NCBI GenBank assembly: GCA_963851265.1
Contig: CAWKNZ010000003.1
Location: forward strand, 160,001-224,000
Direction: 5' to 3'
DNA: 64,000 nucleotides
Source: an uncultured Gemmatimonadales bacterium
Lineage (GTDB): Bacteria; Gemmatimonadota; Gemmatimonadetes; Gemmatimonadales; Gemmatimonadaceae
The stretch's first letter is position 1, and each line of letters begins with the position of its first letter. Below, piece by piece: positions 36,227 through 46,453 of this stretch. Position numbers and translations under genes: made by a program. Under the pieces are notes generated by a model, which was not told the DNA's origin, did no database searches, and saw only the letters and a list, made by a program, of their open reading frames with translations.

Positions 36227-39200
36227 ATGCGCCACCTCCGTTCCCTCGCCGTCCTGCTCGGCACCCTGATTTGCGTGGCCGCGACCGTCGGCCTGTTCGC
36301 CCGCGCGTACCCGATGGTCGACGTGGGCCTCACGCTCGACCGCGCGGGGGCGATCGCACGCGCCCGCGCGCTCGCCGCGCGCGCCGGGTTCGCGCCGACG
36401 CGCGCCGAGGCGGCGGCGCTGTTCGAGAGCGACGATTCGCTCAGCACGTACGTCGACTTCGCCGCGGGCGGCGCCGACTCGGTGCGCGCGCTCGCGCACG
36501 GGCGCGACCTGCCGCTCTACCGGTGGGTGGTGCGCCTGTATCGGCCGGGCGACGTGCACGAGACGCGGGTGGCGTTCGCGCCCGACGGGCGGGTGGTCGG
36601 ACTCGCGCGGCGCATTCCCGAGGCCGAGACGCGGCCGCTCGTCACCGACACGGCGGGTCGCCTGGCGGCCGACCTCGCCCTCGCGCGCTGGGGATCGCAG
36701 GACGTCGCGCGGTGGCGCCTCACCGGGCGCTCGGTGGTGACGCAGCCGCGGAGCGGGCGGGTCGACCGCACGTACCGCTACGAGCGCGTGGGCGCGCGTG
36801 TGGGCGACGCGCCGCTCCGGGCGGACGTGACCGTGACCGGGCCGGCGGGGTTCGACGTGCTGCGCGGCGGGGCGCGCGCGTTCGCGGGCGGCGGGCTCGC
36901 CGCGCCGCAACCCGACGGCCAGCTCGACGCCGCCGCGGGCGCGACGCCGTTCGTCGGCCGGTTCGGCGCAGAACCGCTCACCGTGCACGTGTACGCCGAC
37001 CTGCCCGACGCGTGGACCCGCCGGTACGGCGAGATGCGCGCGTCCAACGACACCTTCGCCCTGCTCGCGTACCCCGGGCTGACGGTGTTCGTGCTCGGCG
37101 CGCTCGCGGCGCTCGTCACGGCCGCGCGCGCCGGGCGCGTGCGCTGGCGCCCGGCGGCGATGGTCGGCGGGACGGTCGGCCTGTTGATGGCGGCCGCGGG
37201 TGTCAACGCGCTGCCGGTGGCGTGGTTCGGGTACGACACCGCGACCGCGCCGGGCACGTTCGTCGGCGGGATCGCGCTCGCGGCGGTCGCCGGCGGGGCG
37301 GCCGCGGGGGCGTGGGTGATGCTCGCCGTGGCGGCGGCGGAGGTGTGCGCGCGCCGTGCGTTCCCCGACCACTACGACTGGTTCTCGTACCTGCGCTTCG
37401 CGGGTGCGCCGCCGATCGCGCGGCGCATCCTGGCGGGGTACGCGCTCGCGGCGTTCGGGTTCGCGTACGTGACCGTGTTCTACGTGACCATGCGCGGCAC
37501 GTTCGGCTGGTGGGTGCCGGCGGGCACGCTCGACGACCCCAACCAGATCGCCACGCCGGCGCCGTGGGTGAGCGCGGCGGGCACCTCGTTGTTCGCGGGC
37601 ACCTGGGAGGAGGCGATCTTCCGCGGCGTGCCGCTCGCCCTGCTCGCGTACTGGGGGCGCGATCGCGGCTCGCGCCGGCTGTGGCTCGCCGCGGGCGTGG
37701 TGGTCACGGCGCTCACCTTCGGGTTCGGGCACGCCAACTACCCGTCGTGGCCCGCGTACTCGCGCGGTGTGGAGCTGTTTCTCGAAGCCGTGCTGTGGGC
37801 GGTGCTCGCGCTGCGGGTCGGGCTTCCGACGACGATCGTCGCGCACACGCTGTACGACCTCACGTGGTTTGGGCTGTTCGCCCTGCACGGGCGCGGCGCG
37901 GCATACCGGGCGACGGCCGGCGCGGTGCTGATCGCGTTCGCCCTGCCGGCGCTCGTCGTCGCGGTGAACTGGTGGCAGCGACGTGGCGCGGTGGCGGCGG
38001 GGATCATGCCGGCCGCGCCGCCGCGGTTCGCGGACGTGACGCGGGCGTTCGACGAGCAGGACGCGGCCGAGGCGACCGGCGTGGCGGAGCGAGGGAGCGG
38101 CGCGCCTGCGCAGGTGGCGCACATCGCGCCCGTGTCCGTGACGCCGGCGGCCTCGCGCGCGGCGATGTCGGGGGGGTCGGTGGCGACGACCGCCGTGGTC
38201 GGCCCGCGCACGCGCGTGGCCGCGGTGGTGGTCACGGCGCTCGCCCTCGTCGTCGCGCTCCTCGCCCCGCGCGCGAGGCCACTCGGCCCCGACTTCACCG
38301 CCTCGCGCGAGCGCGTGGCAGCAGCGGCAGACAGCGTACTCCGCACGCGCGGCGTCGACCCGGCGAACTGGGACCGCGCCGCGGCCGTGGGCGGCAGCGA
38401 GAACACCCGCGTGCTGCGTTTTCTCCGCGAATCGCTCGGCCGCACGCGCGCGGCCGCGGTCTTCGAGAGGTTGGGCGCGACGTACCTGGCGCCGGCGTTG
38501 TGGCAGGTGCGCTACGTCCACCGCCACGCCGGCCGCGACGCACGGCGCGAGACCTGGACGGTCGCGGTCGCGCCGGACGGCCGCGCACGCGCGGTGGTCC
38601 ACGACATCGCGGACGACGCCCCGGGCGCTACGCCGAGCGCGGATTCGGCGCGCGTGCTGGCCGCGGCGGCGGTGCGGACGCGCGGGTATGATCCGGCGAC
38701 GCTGCGCGAGGCGGAGTTCAGCCAGACCACGCGCCCGCACCGCCTCGACACCAACATCGACTACGTCGATCCGGCGGTCGTCCTTCCCGCGGGAGCGACG
38801 GCGCGGGTGGGGGTCACGCTCGCCGGGACGGAAGCCGTGAGCGTCGGGCGGGACCTGCGGCTGCCCGAGGCATGGATGCTTGCCGACCGGAAACGCGAGA
38901 CGTCGCAGACGCTCGTCGCCGGCGTCGCCTCGCTCGCCCTGGTGGCGCTGTTCCTCGGCCTGACGGTGCGGGCGATGCGCAGCGCGGCGCCGATGCTGCC
39001 CTCGCTCGTCGACCGCCGCGCGGGGGTGGCGATCGCGGTCGCCGTCGCGCTGCTCACGCTCGGCCGCACCGTGCTGACGCTCCCCGAGCGGTTTGCTGGG
39101 TGGGACACGGCGGTCCCGTGGAGCAACTTTCTCGCGATGCTCGCGATCGGCGCGCTGCTCGGCGCGGTGCTCGCCGGTGCGGCGAGCGGCGGCGCGTGGG

Positions 39201-39910
39201 CGCTCACCGACGCGCTCCGCCGGCGCGTGGGCGTCCCGGTGCTGCCTGCGTCGGGCGACGTGCGCGGCGCCGCCCTGCCGCCCGACGACGCCACGCGCCG
39301 CGTCCGGGACGGCGTGTTACTCGGCGCCGCGCTCGGCACGGCGCTCCCGGCCCTCGCGGGGCTCGGCGAATTCGTGCGGAGCGCGACGGGAACGCCGGCC
39401 GTGCCGACCACGTCGCTCGAGACGCTGCTGCCGTGGGCGGCCCCGGCGTTCGGGGCCGCGGCGTCGGCGGTGACCGCGCCGCTCGCGGCCATCCCCGCCC
39501 TCGCGATCGCGGGCGGCGCGCGCACGCCGCGCGAGCGCCTGCTCGCGCTCGTCGGCGTCGCGGTGTTGATGGCCGCGATCGCCCAGGCCGCCGCCGACGC
39601 GACCATCAGCGGGACCGCACTCGCCTTCGGTGCCGCGGCGAGCGTGGCGCTGGTAGCGGCGGTGGTGTGGGTGTTCGGGCGCGCGGCGGCTCTGCCCTGG
39701 ATCGTTGCGGGACCGGCGGCGGGCGCGGTCGCGGAGCTTCGCGCCGCCCGTGCGGGCGCCAACGCGACCGACCAGGTCGCGGCGCTGCTGGCCGCGGCGG
39801 TGTCCGGCGTGCTGATCGTGCTCGTCTACCGCGCCGCGCTGCGCTTCGCGCGCCGCGACGCGGGTGCGGCGGCAACGGACATCACACGCCGCGCCGATGC
39901 TGCCGCGTAG
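36227..39910 (+). CDS. Large CPBP (Abi/CAAX-II) intramembrane metalloprotease with duplicated architecture
   Basis: WEEAIFRG, FGFGH, AHTLYD catalytic motifs; two similar extracytoplasmic domains. Confidence 0.85.
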   Translation: MRHLRSLAVLLGTLICVAATVGLFARAYPMVDVGLTLDRAGAIARARALAARAGFAPTRAEAAALFESDDSLSTYVDFAAGGADSVRALAHGRDLPLYRWVVRLYRPGDVHETRVAFAPDGRVVGLARRIPEAETRPLVTDTAGRLAADLALARWGSQDVARWRLTGRSVVTQPRSGRVDRTYRYERVGARVGDAPLRADVTVTGPAGFDVLRGGARAFAGGGLAAPQPDGQLDAAAGATPFVGRFGAEPLTVHVYADLPDAWTRRYGEMRASNDTFALLAYPGLTVFVLGALAALVTAARAGRVRWRPAAMVGGTVGLLMAAAGVNALPVAWFGYDTATAPGTFVGGIALAAVAGGAAAGAWVMLAVAAAEVCARRAFPDHYDWFSYLRFAGAPPIARRILAGYALAAFGFAYVTVFYVTMRGTFGWWVPAGTLDDPNQIATPAPWVSAAGTSLFAGTWEEAIFRGVPLALLAYWGRDRGSRRLWLAAGVVVTALTFGFGHANYPSWPAYSRGVELFLEAVLWAVLALRVGLPTTIVAHTLYDLTWFGLFALHGRGAAYRATAGAVLIAFALPALVVAVNWWQRRGAVAAGIMPAAPPRFADVTRAFDEQDAAEATGVAERGSGAPAQVAHIAPVSVTPAASRAAMSGGSVATTAVVGPRTRVAAVVVTALALVVALLAPRARPLGPDFTASRERVAAAADSVLRTRGVDPANWDRAAAVGGSENTRVLRFLRESLGRTRAAAVFERLGATYLAPALWQVRYVHRHAGRDARRETWTVAVAPDGRARAVVHDIADDAPGATPSADSARVLAAAAVRTRGYDPATLREAEFSQTTRPHRLDTNIDYVDPAVVLPAGATARVGVTLAGTEAVSVGRDLRLPEAWMLADRKRETSQTLVAGVASLALVALFLGLTVRAMRSAAPMLPSLVDRRAGVAIAVAVALLTLGRTVLTLPERFAGWDTAVPWSNFLAMLAIGALLGAVLAGAASGGAWALTDALRRRVGVPVLPASGDVRGAALPPDDATRRVRDGVLLGAALGTALPALAGLGEFVRSATGTPAVPTTSLETLLPWAAPAFGAAASAVTAPLAAIPALAIAGGARTPRERLLALVGVAVLMAAIAQAAADATISGTALAFGAAASVALVAAVVWVFGRAAALPWIVAGPAAGAVAELRAARAGANATDQVAALLAAAVSGVLIVLVYRAALRFARRDAGAAATDITRRADAAA

Positions 39911-41159
39911 CCCGACGGTCCGCGTCCTCATCGCGATCACCGCGGGGGCGCTGCTCGGCATGCTCGCGCCGGCGGCGGGCGTGGCGACCAAGCCGCTCGC
40001 CGACGCGTTCGTCGCGCTCGTGAAGCTCGTCGTGGGGCCCGTGGTGTTCTGCACGATCGTGCTCGGCATCGCCGGGATGCGCGATCTGCGCACGGCCGGG
40101 CGCGTGGGCGGAAAGGCGATCCTCTACTTCGAGGTCACGACGACGTTCGCGCTCGCGTTGGGCCTGCTCGTCGTGAACGTGACGCGGCCCGGCGCGGGTC
40201 TCGACGCGTCGGCGCTGGTGAAGGGCGACGTGACCAAGTACGCCCAGGCCGCGCGCGAGGGGGGTGTGGTCGACCTGCTCGTGCACGCGGTGCCGTCGAG
40301 CGCGGTCGACGCGTTCGCGCGCGGCGACGTGATCCAGATCGTCGTCGTCGCGGTGCTCGCGGGCGTGGCGCTCGCGGGGATGGGGGAGCGCGGGCGCGGG
40401 CTCGCGGCGGGGCTGGGTCGCGTGCAGGAACTCGTCTTCCGCGTGGTCGCGATTGTGATGGCCGTCGCGCCGGTGGGCGCGTTCGCGGCGATGGCCTACA
40501 CGGTCGGGAGCTTCGGCGTGCGGACGCTGCTACCGTTAGGCCGGCTGATGCTCGACGTGTACGCGACGATGGCGCTGTTCGTGTTCGGCGTGCTCGGCCT
40601 CGTCGCGCGGCGCTGGGGGTTCCGGATCACGGCGCTGCTGCGGCACATCCGGGGCGAGATCGCGCTCGTGGTGGGCACGTCGTCGAGCGAGGCGGCGCTG
40701 CCGCGCCTGATCGCGAAGCTCGAGCAGTTCGGGTGCGCGCCGGAGGTGGTGGGGCTCGTGGTGCCGGCGGGCTACTCGTTCAACCTCGACGGGACGAGCA
40801 TCTACCTGTCGATGGCGGTGCTGTTCATCGCGCAGGTGTTCCGGATCGACCTTTCGTTCGGCCGCCAGCTCGAGGTGCTCGGCCTCTTGATGCTGACGAG
40901 CAAGGGCGCGGCCGGGGTGACGGGGAGCGGGTTCGTCGTGCTGGCGAGTACCCTCGCCGCGACGCACGCCGTGCCGGTAGAGGGGCTCGCGCTCGTGCTC
41001 GGCGTCGACCGCTTCATGAGCGAGGCGCGGGCGGTGGTGAACCTGATCGGGAACGCGGTCGCGACGGTGGTGGTCGCAAAAAGCGAGGGCGCGTTCGCCG
41101 AAGCGAACGCGCCCTCCACCGTGACGCGGCCGGCGACCGACGGTCGCGCGGCCGCGTAG
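39897..41159 (+). CDS. dctA: C4-dicarboxylate/cation symporter DctA
   Basis: KAILYFEV, GTSSSEAALP, GYSFNLDGTSIY, LTSKGAAGVTGSGF, GVDRFMSEARA. Confidence 0.92.
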   Translation: MLPRSPTVRVLIAITAGALLGMLAPAAGVATKPLADAFVALVKLVVGPVVFCTIVLGIAGMRDLRTAGRVGGKAILYFEVTTTFALALGLLVVNVTRPGAGLDASALVKGDVTKYAQAAREGGVVDLLVHAVPSSAVDAFARGDVIQIVVVAVLAGVALAGMGERGRGLAAGLGRVQELVFRVVAIVMAVAPVGAFAAMAYTVGSFGVRTLLPLGRLMLDVYATMALFVFGVLGLVARRWGFRITALLRHIRGEIALVVGTSSSEAALPRLIAKLEQFGCAPEVVGLVVPAGYSFNLDGTSIYLSMAVLFIAQVFRIDLSFGRQLEVLGLLMLTSKGAAGVTGSGFVVLASTLAATHAVPVEGLALVLGVDRFMSEARAVVNLIGNAVATVVVAKSEGAFAEANAPSTVTRPATDGRAAA

Positions 41160-41173
41160 CCGTCGGCGAGTTC

Positions 41174-41752
41174 TTAGTGGAACGTGAAGAACGAGAACCC
41201 GGCGAGGATTCCGAGGCGCGCGGCCTTGTTGTTGAAGTCGTAGCCGAGGTTCGCCTCGCCGCGGAGGGCGATGTTGGGGCGGAACGGAAGCTTGAGTCCG
41301 AGACCGCCGCCGGCGGTGACGGCGTGGTCGCTGTTGCCGCCGCCGCTGAGGCCCGTGTAGTTGACGAACGGACGGACGTAGGCGACGGTCGCGCGGGTCG
41401 CGTTGGTCACGTCCTGCGGGGCGCGGAAGTGGTACAGGGCGCCGAGTTCGAGGTTGTAGTTGGTCACGCCCGACTGGCCGGTGACCTTGCCGTACGTGAG
41501 CCCGACGGCCGGCTCGATCTCGATCCGCGAGTTGTTGGGCAGGAAGAAGCCGGCGCGCACGCGCGAGCCCGGGATCTGGATGGTCGTGTACGAGTTATGG
41601 CCGAGACCGAACGTCGCGCCCGCGTCGGCGCCGAGTTCGAGCGTCGCAGGGTTGTTCACGATCGCCGCATTCTGCGCACGGGCGGCAGCGGGGACCACGA
41701 AAGCCGCCGCGACAGCGGCCGGCACGATGCGAAGCAGGAGCGAAGAGCGCAT
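41174..41752 (-). CDS. Outer-membrane beta-barrel protein
   Basis: Signal peptide (ARA|Q), alternating amphipathic strands, RPFV, aromatic C-terminus GFSFFTFH. Confidence 0.8.
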   Translation of the reverse strand: MRSSLLLRIVPAAVAAAFVVPAAARAQNAAIVNNPATLELGADAGATFGLGHNSYTTIQIPGSRVRAGFFLPNNSRIEIEPAVGLTYGKVTGQSGVTNYNLELGALYHFRAPQDVTNATRATVAYVRPFVNYTGLSGGGNSDHAVTAGGGLGLKLPFRPNIALRGEANLGYDFNNKAARLGILAGFSFFTFH

Positions 41753-41905
41753 TTCTCAAAGAACGGTGAAGGGAGTTCTGACCGGTACACCGACCTCAGC
41801 TATGACTGACCCGTCAGTCGGTAGCAAACACATGTAGCAACGTCCGGGCCAAACATTGCTGCTACGTGCGGCGGCCGGCCGGAACTCGGCGTGACGCGGC
41901 CACAC

Positions 41906-41950
41906 ACGACGGCGGGGCGGGCTCCGATTGGGAGCCCGCCCCGCCGTCGT
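41906..41950 (-). terminator. Terminator-like hairpin downstream of the HtrA gene
   Basis: Perfect 20-bp stem ACGACGGCGGGGCGGGCTCC/GGAGCCCGCCCCGCCGTCGT with 5-nt loop. Confidence 0.7.
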
Positions 41951-42014
41951 CTCTCAGGGGTCGCGGAGGACAGACCGCGATCGGGACCGCGTCCCGTCGT
42001 GCATCACCGCCGGG

Positions 42015-43586
42015 TTAGCGCGGGGTGAGCGGGATGTTCACCACGCGCTGGCCGTCGCGGAACTGCACGAGGAGCGAGACGACACCGCTGGACGAGGCGC
42101 TCGACAGGGTGCTCTGCAGATCGCTCGTCGTCCGGATCGGGCGCGAGCCAGACGCGCTGAGGACGGCGCGGATGACGTCCCCCTGCTGGAGGAACGCCGA
42201 CGACGGGCCGGTCGGATCGACGTCGGTGACGACGAGCCCCTGTGCCGGGGCCGTGAGCCGCAGCTCCTGCGCCAGTTCGGGGGTGACGGGGGCGAGCTGA
42301 ATGCCGAGCTTGGGCGCGGCGCTGCCGCGCTCCGGCGCGGTCGTCGGCGTGGCGGCTACCTGCTTGTCGGCCGGCGCCTCGCTGAGAGTGACCGTCGCGT
42401 TGCGCTGCGAACCGTAGCGCTGCGTGGTGAGCGCGACCGTGCTGCCCGGCGTGCGTCCGTAGATCGTGCGCTGGAGCGTGGCGACCGTCGCGATCGGCTC
42501 GCCGTCGACGGCGGTGATGATGTCGCCCGGCTGCAGGCCGGCCTTGGCGGCGCCGCTGCTCGGCTCCACCGAACCCACCAGGGCGCCGCGGATCTGCGTC
42601 AAGCCCGCCACGCGAGCGTCGGCCGGCTTCACGTCCGAGATGGTCACGCCGAGGAGCGCGCGGCGCACGTGGCCGTACTTGAGGAACTGGTCCATCGCGA
42701 TGCGCGCGATGCCGACCGGGACGGCGAACCCGTAGCCGGCGTAGACGCCCGTCGGGCTCTCGATGGCGGAGTTGATGCCGACCACGCGCCCGGCGAGGTC
42801 CACGAGCGGACCGCCGGAGTTGCCCGGGTTGATGACCGCGTCGGTCTGCAGGAAGTCGGCGACGGCGGCGCGCTGCCCTTCGAACAGGCCGGCCAGGTCG
42901 CCACCACGCTCCTTGGCCGAGATGATCCCGGTGGTGACCGTGGAGCGAAGGCCGAGCGGGTTGCCGATGGCGACGACCGGCTGACCGACCTGCACCTGGC
43001 GGTCGTCCCCGAGCGTCACCGTGGGCAGGTTCTGCCCGTCGATCTTGATGAGGGCGACGTCGGTGCTCGGGTCGCGGCCGATCACGCGGGCCGTGAACAG
43101 GCGACCGTCGGTGAGCGACACCTCGATCTTGTCCGCGTCGGCGACGACGTGGTTGTTGGTCAGGATGTAGCCGTCGGGCGCGACGATGAAGCCCGAGCCC
43201 GAGGCGCGCGCGGGGCCGCGCTGCTGCGGACGCGAAAATGGCGAGCCCGGGCCCTCGAAGCCCGGCGGCAGGAAGCCCGGCGGAAACGGGCTCGACCCAC
43301 CCTGCTCGCGGTTGGCGGTGCGACGCGGGATCTGGACGTCGATGTAGACGACGGCCGGGGTGACGCGGCGTGCGACGCCGACCACTCCACTGTCGGTGCG
43401 GGGCGTGGCCTCGTCGACGCGGACCGCGGCCGTGGGCGTCGTCTGTCCGTCGGCCGGGCGGCAGCCCGAGACGGCGGCACCACCGGCGACGGCGGCGAGG
43501 AGCGCGACCGCCGCGCCGTGGCGGCCGGTCGTGCCGAGGCGGATTTGGCCGGGACGGGGCTGACCGGGGCGGTTGTGGCGTGACAT
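42015..43586 (-). CDS. HtrA/DegP/DegQ-family serine protease with two PDZ domains
   Basis: GSGFIV..ILTNNHVV, DVALIK, QTDAVINPGNSGGPL and two PDZ repeats. Confidence 0.95.
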   Translation of the reverse strand: MSRHNRPGQPRPGQIRLGTTGRHGAAVALLAAVAGGAAVSGCRPADGQTTPTAAVRVDEATPRTDSGVVGVARRVTPAVVYIDVQIPRRTANREQGGSSPFPPGFLPPGFEGPGSPFSRPQQRGPARASGSGFIVAPDGYILTNNHVVADADKIEVSLTDGRLFTARVIGRDPSTDVALIKIDGQNLPTVTLGDDRQVQVGQPVVAIGNPLGLRSTVTTGIISAKERGGDLAGLFEGQRAAVADFLQTDAVINPGNSGGPLVDLAGRVVGINSAIESPTGVYAGYGFAVPVGIARIAMDQFLKYGHVRRALLGVTISDVKPADARVAGLTQIRGALVGSVEPSSGAAKAGLQPGDIITAVDGEPIATVATLQRTIYGRTPGSTVALTTQRYGSQRNATVTLSEAPADKQVAATPTTAPERGSAAPKLGIQLAPVTPELAQELRLTAPAQGLVVTDVDPTGPSSAFLQQGDVIRAVLSASGSRPIRTTSDLQSTLSSASSSGVVSLLVQFRDGQRVVNIPLTPR

Positions 43587-43805
43587 TGGGACAGGCGACG
43601 GGTCGGGTGGCGCGCGGAAGGTGGCGCGCGGGTGGTGGCCAAGCGTACGAACGGCAGGGCGCGTTCCATGAAACCTTCCATGACCACGCGCGGCGGGCCG
43701 TCACCGCTTACTCGCCACCCTCAACGTTCGGGAGCGAGAGTTGTACCCGCGACGCGAGCGGCCGTTCTCACCGTCAATCGGCTCGGGGCGCCTCGATGCC
43801 TGACG

Positions 43806-44522
43806 TCACGCGAGGCCGGGGAGCGCGAACACGGCCCACACGTGGCACGCGCTGCCGGCTGCGACGAAGAGGTGCCACACGGCGTGCCCGTACCGCACGC
43901 GCCAGTCGGTCGCATAGAACGCGACCCCCGCCGTGTAGCACACGCCGCCCGCGACCAGCCACAGCACGCCTTCGAGCGAGACCCGCTCGAGCAGCGGCTT
44001 GAGGGCGACGAGCGCGAGCCAGCCCATGCCGATGTACATCCACGTGGAGAGGCGCGGCCAGCGAAAGCCGTAGCGCAGCTTGACGACGATCCCGGCAGCC
44101 GCGAGCCCCCACTCCGCGGCCAGCAAGCTCCACCCCCACGCCCCGCGCAGCGCGCCCACGAGGATGGGCGTGTACGACCCCGCGATGAGCAGGTAGATGG
44201 CCGCGTGGTCGAGCGTGCGGAGTCGCTCCTTGCGTCGCACCCGCCGGTCGTCGGCCGCGTCGGCGGTCGCGTCGGCGGCCGCAGCGCCCGTCGCAGCGCC
44301 GCCTGTCGGGCAGGCGTGATAAAGCGTGGACGTCAGGTACATCAGCACGAGCGACGCGGCGAACACGGCCGCCCCGCCCACCCGCCACGCGTCGCCGCCA
44401 CGGCGGACGGTGGCCGCGACGACGAGTGGGCCAACGATCACCGCGGCGGCCAGCCCGAGCCCGTGCGTGATGCTGTTGGCGATCTCTTCGGGCGCGGACT
44501 GCGGCCGGCCGGGAACGAGCAT
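43806..44522 (-). CDS. Hemolysin III / TrhA (PAQR) family protein
   Basis: EEIANSITHG, STLYH, LDHAAIYLLIAGSYTP, YIGMGW, HAVWHLFV..GSACH. Confidence 0.93.
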   Translation of the reverse strand: MLVPGRPQSAPEEIANSITHGLGLAAAVIVGPLVVAATVRRGGDAWRVGGAAVFAASLVLMYLTSTLYHACPTGGAATGAAAADATADAADDRRVRRKERLRTLDHAAIYLLIAGSYTPILVGALRGAWGWSLLAAEWGLAAAGIVVKLRYGFRWPRLSTWMYIGMGWLALVALKPLLERVSLEGVLWLVAGGVCYTAGVAFYATDWRVRYGHAVWHLFVAAGSACHVWAVFALPGLA

Positions 44523-44595
44523 GATGGAGAGGAGCCTGATGACCTGGACGGACGCACGAGATACCGGCGAAACGACGCCGGCGCGTCATGGCGCG

Positions 44596-45060
44596 TTATG
44601 CGGCGGACTTACCCGGATCCTGCCGCAGCCAGTCCGCGATCTGGTTGTGATGTCGCGCGATGGTCGCCCAGTTCCGCTCGACGATCGCGCGCGTCTCGGC
44701 ACCGAGCGGTTGGCGCGACGCGAGCGCATAATTTCGCTCGGCCTGGTCAAGTCCGCTCTCGACCTCGCTGAGTGTCGCGCTGTCGTCGTGGCCGCTCACG
44801 GCCGCCTTCACGTTCTGCAACGCGCGCCGTGCCTTGGCCTCGAACTTCCCACCCGCCTCGGGAGCGCCGCCCAGGCGCCGGATTTCGGCCTCGAACTCGA
44901 CCGCGTGGGTCGCGGTCTCGACCGCGAACTCGCCGAGTGCGGCCTTGATGTCGGGACGCTGTACCGATTCGGCCGCGTCTCGATAGTTCTCCGCACCGTC
45001 ACGCGACCCCGTGAGCAGAGAGTTGAGAGCGTCGATCGCTCCGGAGTCAGGCGTGGTCAT
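44596..45060 (-). CDS. PA2169/DUF2383 four-helix-bundle protein
   Basis: LNSLLTGSRDGAENYRDAAE..EIRRLGG.P..VKAAVSGHDD..LSEVESG.D. Confidence 0.85.
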   Translation of the reverse strand: MTTPDSGAIDALNSLLTGSRDGAENYRDAAESVQRPDIKAALGEFAVETATHAVEFEAEIRRLGGAPEAGGKFEAKARRALQNVKAAVSGHDDSATLSEVESGLDQAERNYALASRQPLGAETRAIVERNWATIARHHNQIADWLRQDPGKSAA

Positions 45061-45139
45061 GCGGTGCCCTGTGAGGCGTGAAGTGGTGTGCGGCGACGTG
45101 AACCGCGCGCCGGTCCGCGCTCCCGAGCGAGTCGCGTGC

Positions 45140-46384
45140 CTACGCCGCCCGACGCGCGGCCGGCCGCGCCTCGCCTACGGCGAGTCCTGCCGCCGGCGCC
45201 GCGCGCAGCGTCACCGCCGCCACCTCGGGATACGCCCCAATCCGGAACGGCACGCCCCAGAAGCCCGTCCCGGGGTGCACGTAGAGCAGCGCGTCGCCGC
45301 GCTGATAGCCCCCCATCGCGTGCTCGAGGAACGGGGACGCGAGGCTCCAGCCGCGGCGCGGGAGGGCGAACTGACCCCAGTGCGTGTGCCCGCTCAGCGT
45401 GAGTGCGGCGCCGCGGTCGGCGAGCGCGGGCCAGAGCGCAGGATTGTGGGCGAAGGCGACCACCGGGACGCCGGCGGGGACGCGGGCGAAGGCGCGGCCG
45501 AGGTCGACCGCGGCCGATTCGCCCACGCCGGGCACGTCGGCGACGATGCGCCGCTGCGCGCCGGCGCCGCCCGCGGCGGGGTCGCCCGTGCCCAGCAGCG
45601 CGAGCGAGGCGCCACCGCGGCGAATGACGTGGACGTCGTTGACGAGGACGTGGGCCGCGGTGAGGCGGCGCAGGCCCTGCGCGACGGCCGGCCACCCGGC
45701 GTAGACGTCGTGGTTGCCGGGGATCAGCACCGTGCCGAGCTGTGGCGTGGCGACGCCCTGAAGCTCCGCCACCCACGCCGCGAACCCCGCCACGTCTTCG
45801 GCCCGATCGTCGACGAGGTCGCCGGTGAGCACGATGAGGTCGGGGCGGAGCGCGGCCGCGGCGCGCGCCGCACGCGCGAGGAAGTGTCGCGACGTCTGCG
45901 GCCCCACGTGGAGGTCGGAGAGCTGCACGACGCGCAGTCCGTCGAACGCGGCCGGCAGCCCGGGCACGCGCGCCTCGACCTCGCGCACGACGAGGCGGCG
46001 CGAGCCGATCCAGCCGAGGAAGAGGATGAGCGAGCCGACGATGAACGCGCTCGCGGCCGCCCACCGGCCCGCGACGAGCGTCCGCCCAAACGCCGCGCCC
46101 ACCAGCATCCCGAGGAGCGCCACGGAGGCGACGATCGGCAGCAGGAGCTGGGCGTACAGCGCGGGCCGGACGACGAACAGGCGGAACGCCGCCGTCGGGT
46201 AGCGGCGCCACGCGCCGCGCCGGGCGAGGAACGCGACGAGCGGTGCGGTGGTGTAGATCGCGGCCGCCGCGGCCGCGACACCCAGCGCCGCGTGCGCGGT
46301 CGCGGCGAGGGCGATGAGGACGCCCCACGACGCGACGAGATAAGCGGCGAGACGCGGGACGGCGGACGGGGGGCGGGTGGCCAT
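45140..46384 (-). CDS. Membrane-anchored metallophosphoesterase (YkuE/YaeI-like)
   Basis: QLSDLH, LTGDLVD, GNHD, AHNP, LSGHTHWGQ. Confidence 0.92.
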   Translation of the reverse strand: MATRPPSAVPRLAAYLVASWGVLIALAATAHAALGVAAAAAAIYTTAPLVAFLARRGAWRRYPTAAFRLFVVRPALYAQLLLPIVASVALLGMLVGAAFGRTLVAGRWAAASAFIVGSLILFLGWIGSRRLVVREVEARVPGLPAAFDGLRVVQLSDLHVGPQTSRHFLARAARAAAALRPDLIVLTGDLVDDRAEDVAGFAAWVAELQGVATPQLGTVLIPGNHDVYAGWPAVAQGLRRLTAAHVLVNDVHVIRRGGASLALLGTGDPAAGGAGAQRRIVADVPGVGESAAVDLGRAFARVPAGVPVVAFAHNPALWPALADRGAALTLSGHTHWGQFALPRRGWSLASPFLEHAMGGYQRGDALLYVHPGTGFWGVPFRIGAYPEVAAVTLRAAPAAGLAVGEARPAARRAA

Positions 46385-46453
46385 GGGCCTGCTACCCCGC
46401 ACGCGGCGCGCCGTGCGCCCGAGGTCGCGCGTCGCGAGGCGCCGTGCGGGCCG

